64,000 nt of DNA from Octopus vulgaris (lineage: Eukaryota), in contig OX597820.1 of NCBI GenBank assembly GCA_951406725.2, positions 3,720,001 to 3,784,000 on the forward strand, read 5' to 3'. The notes under the pieces are model-generated. The model saw only the letters and a program-made list of their open reading frames with translations. It did no database searches and was not told the DNA's origin. A program made the translations under genes and the position numbers. How positions within the stretch are numbered: position 1 is the first letter of the stretch; each line of letters begins with the position of its first letter. Below, piece by piece: positions 22,999-37,942 of the stretch.

Positions 22999-25900
22999 CA
23001 CGCAAATACACACAGGCGCGCGCGAAGCGTAGTTTTATGTGAATTACAGAAGTAAATGGACAAACGTTCAAAAGCAACATCTTGGCTCAGTCCCGGCGCA
23101 TCGTCAGCCACTAATGTGACCCCCTTCGAATATAACATCATTATCTACTAACTCTTTTGCAGTAAATCATTATATGCTTCAGCTGCTGGGAACATTCCAC
23201 AAGAGGAAATTCCCAAATAAGCCACAGCAAAAGAATTTGCGATCCATAACTACAGATTCGAACATTAAGATCATTGGATTCATAGTGGGCCGTAATTATG
23301 TCAGAATTAGAATAACAACTCTCGCAGACTGTATAATCGAGCTGAAAGATGAGGTATGATGGATGAGAAGAATAGTGTAAAGTTCGAGGTGAAAACATTT
23401 CTTTTTGTTTTGGAACCTCTCTAAACTCTGACCGGACAAAACATGCAGAAACTTAGTCATTGATTGAAAATCTGTTTTCCTTCTTCGGTGAATTGTAAAC
23501 AGTTGGTTCTGATGGTTAAATAAGGAGTACGAAGAACTGGCTAGTGTGTATGTCGAAGACCTTGATTAAGATGACTGTCTAGGTCAGTCGTGGATAAATT
23601 GCGACCCGTAAGACTTTCTGAATGGTATGCCTAACAATAAATTACCTTGAATTTTATTAGTAGTGCGGTCTGTCTGCTGATGAGCCACGTCTCATATGGC
23701 CCGCTTCTCGAAAAAGAACTTAATGGTTCTCGAGCACTTCATGGTTCTTAACGAAAACTGTAAGATTCTCCTTACATTGTACCGGAAAAAAAACTTGGGT
23801 CATTTGAAATTTGTATTTCCCAACATTCAAATTGTATTCAGTTTCCATGAGTATGATGGTAACCAATTGTAAAAGACTGACACTTCCAAAGCATCAGCTT
23901 CTTATCAAAATCAACTACGTTTTAGCTGTCTTTCACGTATAAGCATGTATAACGACATTATAAAGACCGTTGAAAATGTTGTTAATCGCGAGCCGGGCTT
24001 CCGTTCGGATTTCACCCAACCATGTCCTAACCCGGGAGCTTATAATGTTATTAACGAGGTCCTGTGCTACACCTCCGACATATTTGTCAACTCTTATGTA
24101 GACCAGAGTTCGAAAATGTTTCCTATGTTATTCTGTCTGTTAACTATTTATTCTCTTCAGTTCTACCAAATACACACTTATATGCTGCTTATACCACTCA
24201 TCCTTAACTTTCCACAGAGGCATCACCGAAGTTTCTATTCACGTCAAGCTGCGTGAATAGAAACTCAGAAAATATCCATCATTAGGTAGATGATAACTAG
24301 TTTCATACACAAATACCAAGATACGATAGCGACACATAAACACGACGCCAAGTTCTCAAAGATGTTACAGACACCAGGTCTCAATTTCTGTTGATTTAAT
24401 ACCCTCCAAGAACTGTTAGGTCTTTTTCTGGATCAGAAAATACTCCGTTTCTAACCTTCTAAGCATCTTTATTAAGATCCAAATGGAATATTTCTCACAT
24501 ATCTGGGGAAATATTGCTACTTCACACGGAAACATCCCAGCGAGTTGGTTATAGCATCGGACAGAAAGCTTTTTCGTTCAGGCTCTCTCTGCTCTGAGTT
24601 CAAATACCGGCAGTAGTGTAGTTAGGGAAGAGGGGGTACTGTCATGATCAGTCGTATAATCCTGTATAGGCTTGGGGGCCCAAGGTGGGGTGGAAAACTC
24701 AAGGGGTGCCCCTAGCGGCACACACTCAGTCTACGTCACCGATTCCCGTCGAAGTCAACGTTGTTTTTTATCCTTTCATAGTCGAAAAATAAAGTACCCG
24801 TTTAGTACTCGAGTCGATTCTCCCTCTCTCTCCTCTCTTCTCATTGCTTCTCTGAAAAATCGCTGTGTTGAAATCTGGAGCGGGATATTCTCCGTCAGCT
24901 TTGAAACGCACAAAGCACGCCATATTTCACCACGGTGCCCCTACGACTCAACAACAAGAGTTGAGAGCTGAAGGCAAGAATATTTATTGCCCAACACCCG
25001 ACAACCAATGGCTCTCAAAGGCGCTGTTTTCTTTATTTTCCTTTTCTAATGTTACTCCAAAATCATCTGCTCTTTTGAATTAACAATCGCCAACTCCTTT
25101 CTCTTGCGTTCTCTTGACACACTTGTCTCTCAGTTTCGTCATCTCGACTGTGTCTTACCACCCAGATCCCGCACTAAATTCTTTTCAATCGTTTCTTTTT
25201 AGAATAGCACTTTGGGAAAATCCCTCTCCGCCTACGTTTTTCTTGCAAGCATCGATCTACAGCTGTTCAAACTGATCATCAATCACCCCAATCTCGCCAG
25301 TTTGAGAGAGAGTTTGTGAAGATTATCGATGCTGCCCTCTTCTGAATGAATAGTAATAATAAAAAAGAACATTCCTCTGACCTTAAGTTGAACTTCAGTT
25401 AATTTCTTCTGGTTCTGAAACGAGGAAACTTATGTCAACAATAATCCACATATGGTTTATGCCTTCTTTGACTTTTGATATTCAACGATACCCTGTTTTT
25501 TTGTTTTTCTAGTTGAAATGATTGTTAGGAAGTAGGACAGTAATGAGTTAACGCATTCCAAACCGGCCCAACAAAAAGAAATTAAGTTAAAAAGGAATAG
25601 CAACGACTCCCCCACTCCACACACCAAACCACCCCCTACAACTTTGGATGAGAATCCAATACAAACTACAGATACAAAAGAACAGGAAATACTCCCAAAT
25701 TACTAAAACAAACAAAAACAAATCTGCTCATATTGAAAAGAAATTGAATAATAGGACCCATTCGAATTGAAAAACAAATATATTATTTTTTTATGTTAAA
25801 ATTGAATAAAAATTATATCATATTCGATATTAGTCATTCAGTTTGATTGATATTTTCTTTTATTTAATTAAATATTTTGAAAACTTTTTTCCCTCTTGGA

Positions 25901-26820
25901 ATTATAATTCTATAATTCCTAATTTACTTCAATCATACAAAACAATAAACAAGTTATTCTTTCCTTACAAAATATGAGATAATTAAATATTTCAGAAATG
26001 TGGCATTAATAAAGCATAGGATGGTTTTTTGGGAGAAACAAAAACATTTTCTTTCTTTGACACTTTCCCCACTGAAAATGTTTTATCTTTTCTCATTGAT
26101 ATTTTTTTTTTACTAAGGAACCAGGAAGCTGACTGCTGGTTTGATGTTCTAGGGACTGCTGCCATCAGTAAACGTTTGTCATCAGCAGCAGCAGAGCGGG
26201 GCGACCTAATTTTATAACATGGCGCACAACACTGCTTTCTCAGTGATGGACACTTTGGAGCTTTATAGGCTCAAGTGAACAGAAAAAATCCTACAAATAC
26301 GTTTTCAATATTGAACAAATATATACATTGGATATATCTATTCATTTAGAAAATCTTTCGATATAGAGTAGTAAAATTCCTTGATACACATATTAAATAT
26401 GCTTGTCTTTATCAAGTCATCAATGCTTGCCTCTACCGCAAGCTGTTTAGTCTGGGCATTAATGTTTAATTTCGTGCAAACGCAATCCTCAGGTAGGTGA
26501 CAGAATATTTTATTGAAAATTTAATATTATTCTTATCACAATGATCATTTTTTAATTCAATATTCCAGTTTTTTTCCAGCATTATTTAATCCTTGTTTGA
26601 ATATAGTAAAAGCATCGTCTGCCAAATGGAGCAGACTATCTTCAACTCTTTCATAATTTAATTGTAATTAAAATATAAACTTCTTGTTAATTATATATTA
26701 AAATAATAATTTAGTCTTATAATAAAACCAAGAAGTAAATCTTTTCACTCAAAATGAGAAGAAAATATACTGCCTTGGTTACAAAATTTAGTTTTAAATA
26801 TATATTATTGTTATTATTAA

Positions 26821-26860
<40 letters not shown>

Positions 26861-27219
26861 ATATTGTGTAATAATTACGATTAAGTAATGAACTCAGATT
26901 AATGATAATTTATTTTTTAATTGTTTTAATTTAAAATCAATATACTTTGTAATTTCAATCGATTGTTGCCCCACAATCTCATAATAAATGTGAACATCCC
27001 TCATTTAAAAAGTAAATAATATGAGAGAGAGAGAGAGAGAGGGAAAAAAACGAAACAAAAACAAGCAACATTAATTAAATGATATCGACAATGCAACAAG
27101 GTAGAAATGAATTGTAAGTTTTTATAGAAATAAAAAATAGAAACTTTAATTCAATACTTTCAACAGGATAATTCGATAAAAACCTAAAATTTACCATGCA
27201 TATGACACGAGATCACTGC

Positions 27220-27235
27220 ATTATTATTATTATTA

Positions 27236-27266
<31 letters not shown>

Positions 27267-27282
27267 CATCATCATCATTATT

Positions 27283-27313
<31 letters not shown>

Positions 27314-27385
27314 TTATTTTTATTATTATCGTTATTATTATTATTATTATCATCATCATCATCATCATTATTATTATTATTATTG
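27220..27385. repeat. (ATT)n/(ATC)n microsatellite; nearby (CTG)n at ~27618-27650
   Basis: Directly visible. Confidence 0.95.
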
Positions 27386-27616
27386 CCACAAATTATTAAC
27401 ATGTAATTATCGAACATATGCAAGGAAAACTGTTGGATTTTTTTTTCTTTTGTTAGTTTTCCGATGTTGTAAATATTTATTGTTGTATAATGATAATAAT
27501 GTAGTAACCACCAGCAGCCAATCCAGCCAGCCATCCATCCTGCCATCCATCCAGCCAGCCAGTCGTGGTGTTTAAATTTGTTTTTACTTTCTACTTTCAC
27601 TTTCATTCGCTCAACA

Positions 27617-27650
<34 letters not shown>

Positions 27651-27952
27651 AGAACAGCTCCAACATTTTCCACATCCAACTGTAACAGGTTCTCCCTAAC
27701 TCGAATCCTCTCCTTCCCTTCTCATCTCATCTCATCTCTCTCTCTTTCTCTCGTCATACATATTTATTTCTGCCTAAAATCAAAGCGGATTACAATAAAA
27801 TATTCAGAAAAGAAAGCAACCCAACGACGAACGAGTTTATTTTATTCTGTTCGTCAGATACCTCGGAAACTGTCATTTTTCTGTAAATGAACTGTAAACT
27901 GCTGTAGCAGGATTCGAACCAGTCTACGTTGAATCTACATGTCTCTGTTAAT

Positions 27953-28058
27953 TGTATGTACGTATGTATGTATGTATGTATGTATGTATGTATGTATGTA
28001 TGTATGTATGTATGTATGTGAATGTATGTATGTATGTGTGTATGTGTGTTGGGATGTA

Positions 28059-28098
<40 letters not shown>

Positions 28099-28751
28099 TG
28101 TGAGCGCATTTATGTATTCGTTCTCTCTCCCCTCCCTCTCTCTCTCTCTCCCAGTATGTGTATGTGCGCGCGCGTCTCTGGCTCTTTCCCCCTCCTCTCT
28201 AAATGTATCTCTTTCCCTCTTCTTTCTCCATATATGTATGTACGTATGTATATGTGTGGGTGTGTGTACGCATGTATGTGTGTATGTATTTATTTATGTA
28301 TGTATGTATGTATATGTGTGGGTGTGTGTGTGTATGTATGTATGTATGTATGTGTGCACGTATGTATATGTGTGGGTGTGTGTATATGCGTGTCCCTCTC
28401 TCTTTCCTCTTTCTCTGTATCTGTCCTTCTCCCTATCTCTCCCGTTCTTTTCTCTGTATGCGAGTGTGTGCGTATTGTGTGTGTATGCGTTTGTTTGTTT
28501 GTGTTGCGTGCGTGCGTGCGTGCGTGTGTGTGTGTGTGTTTGCGCGCGCGCGCGCGCGCGTGTGTGTGTGTAGAACAGCTTTTGTTTCAAAACTGTTACA
28601 TTGTATATTGTGTGTGTGTATATATATATATATAGGTTTAATTAATTTAGCACATTAAGCACACACACACACACACACACGTCAGGCGTGTGTCCATCTC
28701 TGTGTTTATGCAATGTGCCCCTAACTTGGTCCATAATCATCTTCTCAACCA

Positions 28752-28790
<39 letters not shown>
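27953..28790. repeat. Compound microsatellite field (TATG, TA, TG, CG, CA, CT)
   Basis: Directly visible; includes a (CG)~9 run at ~28542-28560. Confidence 0.93.
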
Positions 28791-28795
<5 letters not shown>

Positions 28796-30970
28796 CATCT
28801 CTGTCACAATAAATCCGCCCCAATTCTCTTCCTCTCTCATTCTACATTCCTTCACATCCTTCCTTAGATTTCTTTTTTTCCCCATCGCTCTTGCTATTCT
28901 CGCTCCTTCATCCATTACAGATGGATGCTACTGTCTTACTGTTGTTGAGCCAGCCACCGAGCCTCCATACACTCGCACCACCTGCTAGAAATAGAAGCCA
29001 AATCCCCCTCATAGCAACACAATCATATAGTCTGAAAGGAATCAAGGAGACACACGTCTGGGGATGTGGTCCTTTGATGTAGTTCTCTGTCCGAGAAACA
29101 CTTTGGGATAAGGGGGTTCCTTACATATATTATTTATGTTTGGAGGGAGAGAGAGCGACGGTGTGGTCACGGCTTGCACGGGGTTTGCCATAAGTCTGCT
29201 TGAGCACTACTGACCTGGGGTTAATTCTGTTCTGCAACAGAACTCGTCAACACCGCCCTCACCACTATCACCACCACCACATCATCACCACTATCACCAC
29301 CACCTATACCACCATTAACAATACCACAGTAACCACCGCCGCTGCCACCACCACCACCAACACGCCACCACTATCACCACCGCCGCCGCTACCACCATAA
29401 CAACTGCCTCATTAATTAGCCTCTAATTTCATTCATTCTTTTAGCTTCAAATTCATCTCTGTTCTATTAGTGTCAAAATCAGAAAAATTCGATCTCTCAG
29501 GTGGTTGAATGATATATTTTTCATCAATGATTTCATAATCTTAATCTATTCGGGCCAAATCTTTTCAAGATTACATTACATAATTATGCATAAACGTTAC
29601 AAAATTATGATTATTTACTTTATCGGTTTTTCTTTTTTAAATAATACAATGTTCGATCATATCGATATTGTTATTTAAAGGGAAGCTTTGTAAAATCCGA
29701 ACAGCATCTCCCAATGCCATTGCCAAACATTTCCAAGTCTTGATTTATACATTGAAAAAGCACAAGATCTTTTAAGAGACACTTTGTGCCCTTTTCAAGT
29801 TGATACAGTTGTTCTATTTCCGAATGAATCAGATGGAAGCAGTTCGTTTTATTCTGGTTGCCATTTGTTGTTTTAGAGGGGAAAAAAATCCAATAAAATG
29901 CCTACTGTTAATGATCGATCTTTGAGCACCTATTATTTAATTAAGCATTTTAATTTAAAATATAATTACCTATGTTCTTACTAAAATCTTTCCTACTGTA
30001 TCTACTATGGCTTTTAACGACATTATTACTACCTTTCTTTCTTTGCCTCTTATAAATTCCAGGTTTCACGCTTTGTTAGAAACAGTATATTAACCCCCCC
30101 CCCATTGGTACCACTACTACTACTACTGCTATTATGGCGATAAGTATCTCTGCTATTTTGTGTGTTATGATAATGAATTAGATTATAGTTTTGTTTATAA
30201 TCAAAAACCTTGTAAAGATGCAGAAATATGCGACCCAACGGATTCCAGTGTTGCAGGTTTTTAGTAACGTCAGAGCTGGTTAGCATCTGTGTGGGAGTTA
30301 AGCATTCAAGATATGGGATTATTGGTTCCAGACCTTGTTGCATTCGCAGACTGTAACTCATTGTTCGTGCAAAAGAAGTTCACTTGACCGAAATATAGGT
30401 AGCAGACTTTCCCCTTCTTCTTAATTCTAATCGTTATGCCAATCGGAGAAAGAATCAAGCAGGGTGGTGCATTCAATGTGGAATTTGAAGATATGAAAAT
30501 AAGTGAATTTTAGCAAGATTTAGTGGGTTGGCTGTCCTCATAAGAACGGACTGTATTTGTGAGATTAATACTGGATCTAAACGTTGGATGTCGGTGATAA
30601 AAACACCTGAGATATAATGGGTACCATGAAGGGGCGTTGCTGTCGGAGCTGTGCAGTAACTCCCAGGATTCGAAGAGAAATATCCATTATCTTAGCAATT
30701 GGTGGAACAGAAATTACATGGGATTATGATTAAGGGATTAGGGATTTTTCGATAAATGAAAGGTTTATCAAATGTCTCATTGAATTTTGTCAGCGATGAT
30801 AGAAGTTATTGATATGAAAGCGAAATTTGTGATGGATTTTAATGAGCACTTTTTTTTTTTAAATTTATAAATCTATATTGGAAACCTTCACTATTTATTC
30901 AAATGACAGCGAAAGCTTCTGTTACTAACACAAATAAATGACCAGTAGGAGCTCAAACCGTTAAATTTAA

Positions 30971-31218
30971 CCCTTTCACTGCGGAAATCAGATATATCCA
31001 CCCTAACTTTTATTACCCTTAGCTGCAGAAAGCAGTTTTATATACCAATCTTTTTTTCTTTTTGTTGAGGAATGTCGTGTTTGAAACTATTTTCGTTGAG
31101 ACATGTCAAGTTCATTGAGGCAGTAGACTTGCAGAAAATACCAATTCTTTTTCTTTTTCGATAGATATTTAACGTCAATATTGGAATAGCCATGAAATTT
31201 AGTATTGCTGTGAAAGGG
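30971..31218. mobile_element. TTAA-flanked MITE (piggyBac-like termini)
   Basis: TTAA|CCCTTTCAC...GTGAAAGGG|TTAA. Confidence 0.75.
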
Positions 31219-31731
31219 TTAATGTATGTAGAAGATTATGTCATCTGTACAAGATGCAGTGGAATTTATTTCTTATAGAGAAAAAAAATTTGGAGATGGT
31301 TTAACCAGTGTTACGTAAGTTGGTAAAGTTTGAAATGCTACCTTCAGCATATGTAACCAGTGAGGTATTTTTTGATCTGGTTTCTTTAGCTCTGTGCATT
31401 TCTTTGCGTAACCTAATGGGAAATTATTGAACAAAAAGTTTTTCCTTCTTCACTTTGTCTTGTGGATCTGTATTGCCCAGCACCAAGGAAAGATTCTGAA
31501 AGAGTCGTTTGAAAATCGTTATTTCCAACAATTGTTAGAGCAATGAGAAAATGTTATGAGGTAACTGTTCTGATTCTTTATGTCCTGTGTTCAAATCCAG
31601 CCCAGATAAACTTTGCCTTTTATTTTTTTGGTGGGGTCAGTAAAGTAAAGTACCAATCAAGTATTAAGGTCACTGTCACTGACAAACTCTATCCCCTCAA
31701 AATTGCTGGCCTTGTTAGAAACCATTTAGAG

Positions 31732-32201
31732 CAGGGGTTCCCAAACTTTTTAGACCATTTGGCCCCTTCATGTAATCTTTGACCCCCATCGACCCCCAGG
31801 CATGTACAAGAGAATCATCATCATCATCGTCTTCATCATCGTTTAACGTCCGCTTTCCATGCTGGCATGAGCAAAACGGTCTGACTGAGGACTTTGATCT
31901 GGCATGGTTTTCTACAGCTGGATGCCCTTCCTAACACCATCCACTCTGAGAGTGTAGTGGGTACTTTTTACATACCATTGGCACGTGAGCCAGTCAGGCT
32001 GCACTGGCATCAACCACGCTTGAATAGTGTTTTTTTATGTGCCACTAGGCACAGAAGCCAGTCAGGTGGCACTGGCATCGAGGCAGCATTGGCAACGAGG
32101 CGGCACTAGCAATGAAATAATTAGTACATGTGCATTTATTGACCCCTTGAATAGTCCCATCGACCCCGAGGGGTTGATATCAACCACTTTGGAGACCCCT
32201 G
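31732..32201. mobile_element. hAT-type MITE carrying a nested SINE C
   Basis: ATTTAGAG|CAGGGGTTCCCAAA...TTTGGAGACCCCTG|ATTTAGGG (7/8 TSD); SINE C at ~31815-32110. Confidence 0.8.
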
Positions 32202-32969
32202 ATTTAGGGGGTGTTGGGTTGACAGACTGATTAATTAGAGCATCGAACCAGACGCCTTGCAATATTTGTTCCAGTTCTTTACATTCCTACTTCAGATTGC
32301 ACTGAGGTCAACTTTGCCATTCATATGTACCAGTCAAATACTGGGGTTGATATAATCAAGTAACCCTCCCCTCAAAATTTCTGCCCTTCTTGCCTATATT
32401 AGAAACAATTATTTCCAACAAGCCTAAATGTTCATATTAAGAGCAGTTAGATGGTCCTGTAATAAGTATTTCTAGTTTTTTTAACCCTTCAGTATTCAAA
32501 GGGACCATATCCAGGGTCCAAATATTCTACCTGTTTTATGCTCAAACCGGCTGGATCTGGCCTCTCACACCAACCCTACAATATCATTCTGAAACTTAAC
32601 AGTTAGGTCATCAAAATCTGAAAGCTGTGAGATAATGCATGATTAATTCAAATGAATGTGAATAAATAAGCATTAGGTCTGGCAGAACAATGTGAATGCT
32701 AAAGAGTGAAACACTGGACCACGTGATTCCGTGATTCTGGCTTTGACAAATGGCCAGTTCCAGTGCTGCATTGGTTGAACCTAACCTCTGAAGGGTTCAC
32801 AGAGTTTGAAGTTGGAGAAATGCAGGAATGAGAACAGTTGAAGGAATAAGTTGAGGGTGTTGGTGATTTGTATTGATATCAGTGAGTTAAAATGAAAGCA
32901 AGGAACAAAACTGTTAGGCTTATACACATTTATCTAAACCAAAAAAGAAAAAAAATGATAAAAAATGAT

Positions 32970-33355
32970 AGGCGCAAGAGTGGCTGTGTGGTTAGTAGCT
33001 TGCTTACAAGCCACATGGTTCCGGGTTCAGTCCCACTGCATGGCACCTTGGGCAAGTGTCTTCTACTATAGCCTCAGGCCGACCTAAGCCTTGTGAGTGG
33101 ATTTGGTAGGCGGAAACTGAAAGAAGCCTGTCGTATATATGTATATGTATATATGTGTGTGTATGTGTTTGTCCCCCCAACATTGCTTGACAACCGATGC
33201 TGGTGTGTTTACATCCCCGTAACTTAGCGGTTCGGCAAAAGAACCGATAAAATAAGTACTAGGCTTGCAAAGAATACGTCCTAGGGTCGATTTGCTTGGC
33301 TAAAGGCCGTGCTCCAGCATGGCCGCAGTCAAATGACTGAAACAAATAAAAGAGA
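32970..33355 (+). mobile_element. Full-length tRNA-derived SINE family B with central microsatellite; other copies at ~21645-21880, 34940-35285, 36710-37100, 37720-37935, 48115-49025, 56690-57047, 58330-59235
   Basis: A-box TGGCTGTGTGG, B-box GGTTCAGTCCC, then GGCACCTTGGGCAAGTGTCTTCT, central (TA/TG)n, and tail GCTCCAGCATGGCCGCAGTC..GACTGAAACAA. Confidence 0.85.
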
Positions 33356-35521
33356 GTAAGAGTAATCTTTTTTTCTGTTTTGGTAATAGACCAATAAATG
33401 GACATCCATTGATTCTGTAAAACATTATGAAAAACAGTTTACAAGTTAGAGAGATGTAAAGTTTATGAAATTTCTCTTTGTGGTCATGAAGATGTATGTT
33501 TTATTAAATAATTGCCAAGGGGACAATTCTGATAATATTTTGATTGGGGCAAAGTAATAGAAGTCAAAATGGTTGTGTAGCCTCTTGAATGGGTTGTTCA
33601 TATTACATCACCAGAATTATGCTACATTATAAAATAAAGCATAAAAACCATCTGCTGTAAAATAATTGGCAGATAATGCAAAGTAGACTGAAGAATAGAA
33701 TGGATTCAGTTAGTTGAGGGGCGAGAAAACCTGAAATTAATGAAGTCGATTAATAATGTGCTGAGACAGTGGCAGCTTGTGTATAGGCATTGAAGAACTG
33801 CAGCACCCCCTATTTCCATTCAATATAATGAGTCCTTTTTTTTTCTTTAATTCTTTCTTTATCCTTGTACATTATGTAATCCTTAAACTTAATGTCAGTA
33901 GCCATGTCCTAGTTTATGAAAAAAATGCAAAAATCCTTGTATAGAACTGTGCACATCACAGCTCCAGCGATGCAGTGTTTGGCTGTTGTGTGCAGGCTCA
34001 CATGTCCAAGATAGGAAGCTGAACGCTAGGGAGAGAGAGCACTGTTGTTCATGCAGTGCCAGTTCACGTGTGCTGTGCTTAAAAACATGTTCATATTCTC
34101 AAATGTGATAAAGTGCAGAATTCAATTATTATCCTGCTTCCAGCAACAGTGTTGCTGCCAGGATTTGAAAAATAGGGCAGATTTTTACCACCTTATTTTG
34201 TGATTTAGTGGGGATTTTTGAAAAACAAGGGGGAATTTAAACACACTACCCGGCAGTGGCTAAAACGCGAACCAATCAAGTTTATGTATAAATTTTCTTT
34301 TTATGTTTCTTTCCTTTTACACAATATTAAAACAACAGCTAAAAATTTTCTGAAGCAGCAGCAACGCCACTAATTTTATCTACACTGTGCTGAGATAATA
34401 TATATATATATATATAGATGATTGAGCAATAGAAGTTATTTTAGTCAAAACTTTATTGCTAAAGAAATTGCTTGGCATATCATCATCATCATCATTGTTA
34501 TTTAACGTCTGCTTTCCATGCTGGCATGCGTTGGACGGTTTGACTGAGGTCTGGAGAGCCAGAAGGCTTCATCAGGCTCCAATCTGATCTGGCAAAGTTT
34601 CTACAGCTGGTTGCTCTTCCTAACACCAACCACTCTGAGAGTGTAGTTGGTGTTTATTATATAACGACCATTCTTATAAACCTCACCACAATGATTGCAG
34701 ACTTGTTGGTCAACAGGATCATCAGCATTAATATTTATACCAAATACGATTGTGGAATTTATATGAATAAGCCATATTCCTTATTGAAGTCAAGTATGAT
34801 CACTTCTACACAATCCAAAAGGTCATAACTGCCAATAGGGAAGAGATAACAGCATATTTAACGGCATGGGATTCAAGCAATAAGATTTTGTTTTTACATT
34901 GCGTAAATAATATACCAAAGAAACGTTTTGCCTTGCTTTTCAGGTTCAGTCCCCCTATGTGGCACCTTGGGCAAGTTTCTTCTACTGTAACCCTTGGGCC
35001 AACCAATGCTTTCTGAGTGATTTTGAAAGATGGAAACTGTGTGGAAGCCCATTGTGTGTGTGTAGAATGTAGATATATATATTTGTGTGTGTGTGTGTGT
35101 GTGTCTATTCCCTACCACTGTTTGACATCCGGTGTTGGTTTGTTTACATTGATGTAAACTCAGCAGTTTGGCAAAAGAGACCAATACAATTTTTTTAAAA
35201 AAAGCACTGAAGGCAATTTGCTTGACTAAAACCCTTCAAGGCAGTGCTCCAGCATGGCTGCAGTCCAATGACTGAAACAAGTAAATCATTGATAATAAAT
35301 AATAATAATCTTTTCTATTCTAGGCACAAGGCCTGAAATTTTGGGCCAGTCAATAGGATTGACCCCAGTATGCAACAGGTACTTAGTTTATCGATCCCGA
35401 AAGGATGAAAGGCAAAGCTAACCTCGGCGGAATTTGAACTCAGAATGTAAAGACAGACAAAATACTGCTAAACATTTCACCTGGCATGCTAACGATTCTG
35501 TCAGCTCGCTGTCTTAATAAC

Positions 35522-35582
<61 letters not shown>

Positions 35583-35800
35583 TTGTCTTAACTGGTACAT
35601 CAACGCATTGAGAAGAGCATTGTCGATGTGAGAACTGTTGCTGCTCATGTATTTTAATAAACTTAAAAAAAAATTAATGAACTATTGAGTTTGGTTTAAT
35701 GGCCTACCAATGTATACTATGAGTTTCTTTGCCCTAGGAGTCGGAAGACACTGGCAAGAAATGGAAGCAAATTTGAAAGAAGAAAAAAAAAGTAATAATA
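35583..35800 (+). mobile_element. 3' end of a Dong/R4-like LINE between (TAA)n runs
   Basis: IVLTGTS.. remnant and 3' UTR nearly identical to the reverse complement of ~50310-50540. Confidence 0.7.
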
Positions 35801-36404
35801 ATAATTAATCAATCATCAACTTCTATTTTTGTGATTGATATACTTGGCAGAACAGCTTTTGTTGCTGATAATTGTGAACTCTTCATATCCACTCTCTTAA
35901 AAAACCATTGAATGAGAATGTAATGTTGAGGAGTATTTGAGCCAATCCAGCAGTAATTCTAATTGCTTATATAGCAATAGAGACTAAACAATGGAACAAA
36001 GATAAGAAAAAAAAAATGCTCTCAGAATCAATATACTGAACTGACTTAACAAGGAGCAGCCTCATCCAGTAAATTCAAAGCTTAGTGGCTCTAAGTGTAT
36101 ATGAGATGATAACTGGTGCTAGAACTTGGTAATTAGAATGTGTAACAGTTGATGTAGATGTTCACCTGTTATTAAACGAGAATCCTTTAGCTTAAATTCC
36201 TGCATTGACTTTGTTTATAAGAAGGAAACAGTTGGAAATGACTTCAGTGATGAGCTTGTTAATATTGATCACCAGTAAATAGGTCAGGCTTTTAATAAAT
36301 TGTTGTATCTACATTTACTTCTCTTGAACTAGGTTTGGGTCACTGTGAGGTTAATTGTAGGTTTAGAATTTGAACCCATTGTTCCTGTTCATGTTCCTGA
36401 TCAA

Positions 36405-36640
36405 TAAACGCTGCGAGCTGGTAGAATCGTTAGCATGCTGGGCGAAATGCTTAGCGGTATTTCGTCTGCCATTACATTTTGAGTTCAAATTCCGCCGAGG
36501 TCGACTTTGCCTTTCATTCTTTCGGGGTCGATTAAATAAGTACCAGTTATGCACTGGGGTCGATATAATCGACTTAATCCGTTTGTCCGTCCTTGTTTGT
36601 CCCCTCTATGTTTAGCCCCTTGTGGGTAATAAAGAAATAA
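36405..36640 (+). mobile_element. SINE family A, young copy; others at ~13980-14190, 35305-35515, 49170-49390, 51770-51955
   Basis: GAGCTGGTAGAATCGTTAGC head, GAGTTCAAATTCC B-box and GGTCGACTTTGCCTTTCAT body. Confidence 0.85.
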
Positions 36641-37490
36641 ATACTGTGAACTCTACTGAAACATGTTCAGGGTTCCAGCTCTGGAATTCTGATCTGGGAT
36701 TATTTTAAAGTTTTTTACTTGTTTCAACCATTAGCCTGCGACCATGCTGTAGCATCAACTTGAAGAATTTTTTGTTGAATGAGTCAACGTCACTACTTCT
36801 TTTTTTTTTAGGTCTGGTTCTTATTCTGTTGGTTTCTTTTTTTTAAGAACTGCTAAGTTACAGGGACGTAAACACACCAACACCAGTTGTCAAGCTGTGG
36901 TGGGGGACAAACACAGGCACACACACACATACACACACACACATGATGGCTTCTTTCAGGTTCCTTTTACCAAATCCACTCATAAGGCTTTGGTTGGCCC
37001 AAAGCTATAGTGAAGACACTTGCCCAAAGTGCTACACAGTGGGACTGAACCTGGAACCATGTGGTTGGGAAGCAAGCTTCTTACCACACAGCCACGCCTG
37101 CTTTTGCTTAAATCTTCCTTGTAAAACACAGATGGTTTGTATAATCTGTTATCAGACGTGGACTTCCAAGTCTAACGAACCCCAGTTGATCGGAACATAT
37201 GCAGAAAAGCTAACGAGGGAGCTGCTTTGTAGTTGAATAAGTAGCTAGAAATAGCAGTCAATTCTCTCTCAAAGTCCAAGCTTACCATCTGCAAAGAAGG
37301 AAGAATATACTGGTTAATGTGGTCATCAGAGAGTTGTACTTGAATAAAAGACACATTGCTCAAATGTGGGGAAACTTTGATCAAATGACTGGTTTATGAG
37401 GACCAGCTTGGGGCTAAACTGCAGCATATATGGATTATAGTTTTGTATGTGTGTGTGCATATATACACTACCATATATATATATATATAT

Positions 37491-37538
<48 letters not shown>

Positions 37539-37942
37539 GTATATATGTATGTGTGTATATATATATACACATACATATATACATATACATATACATATAT
37601 ATACACATATACATACATACACGCACATATATATATATATATATGCAGGCACAAACACACACACACACATGCACGCATACATATATTGATTATATATATG
37701 TGGATTATATATATTTGTCTTCTATCTTTTACTTGTTTCACTCATTCGATTGTGGTCATGCTGGGGCATCACCTTGAAGGACTGCATTGAACAAATCGAC
37801 TCCAACACTTATTCTCTAAGTCTGGTACTTACTACATTGGTTCCTTTTACCAAACCACTAAGTTATGGGGATGTAAACAAACCGGCACTGGTTGTCAAGT
37901 GGTGGGTGTGTTGGACAAACACAAATACAACAGCACACATGT

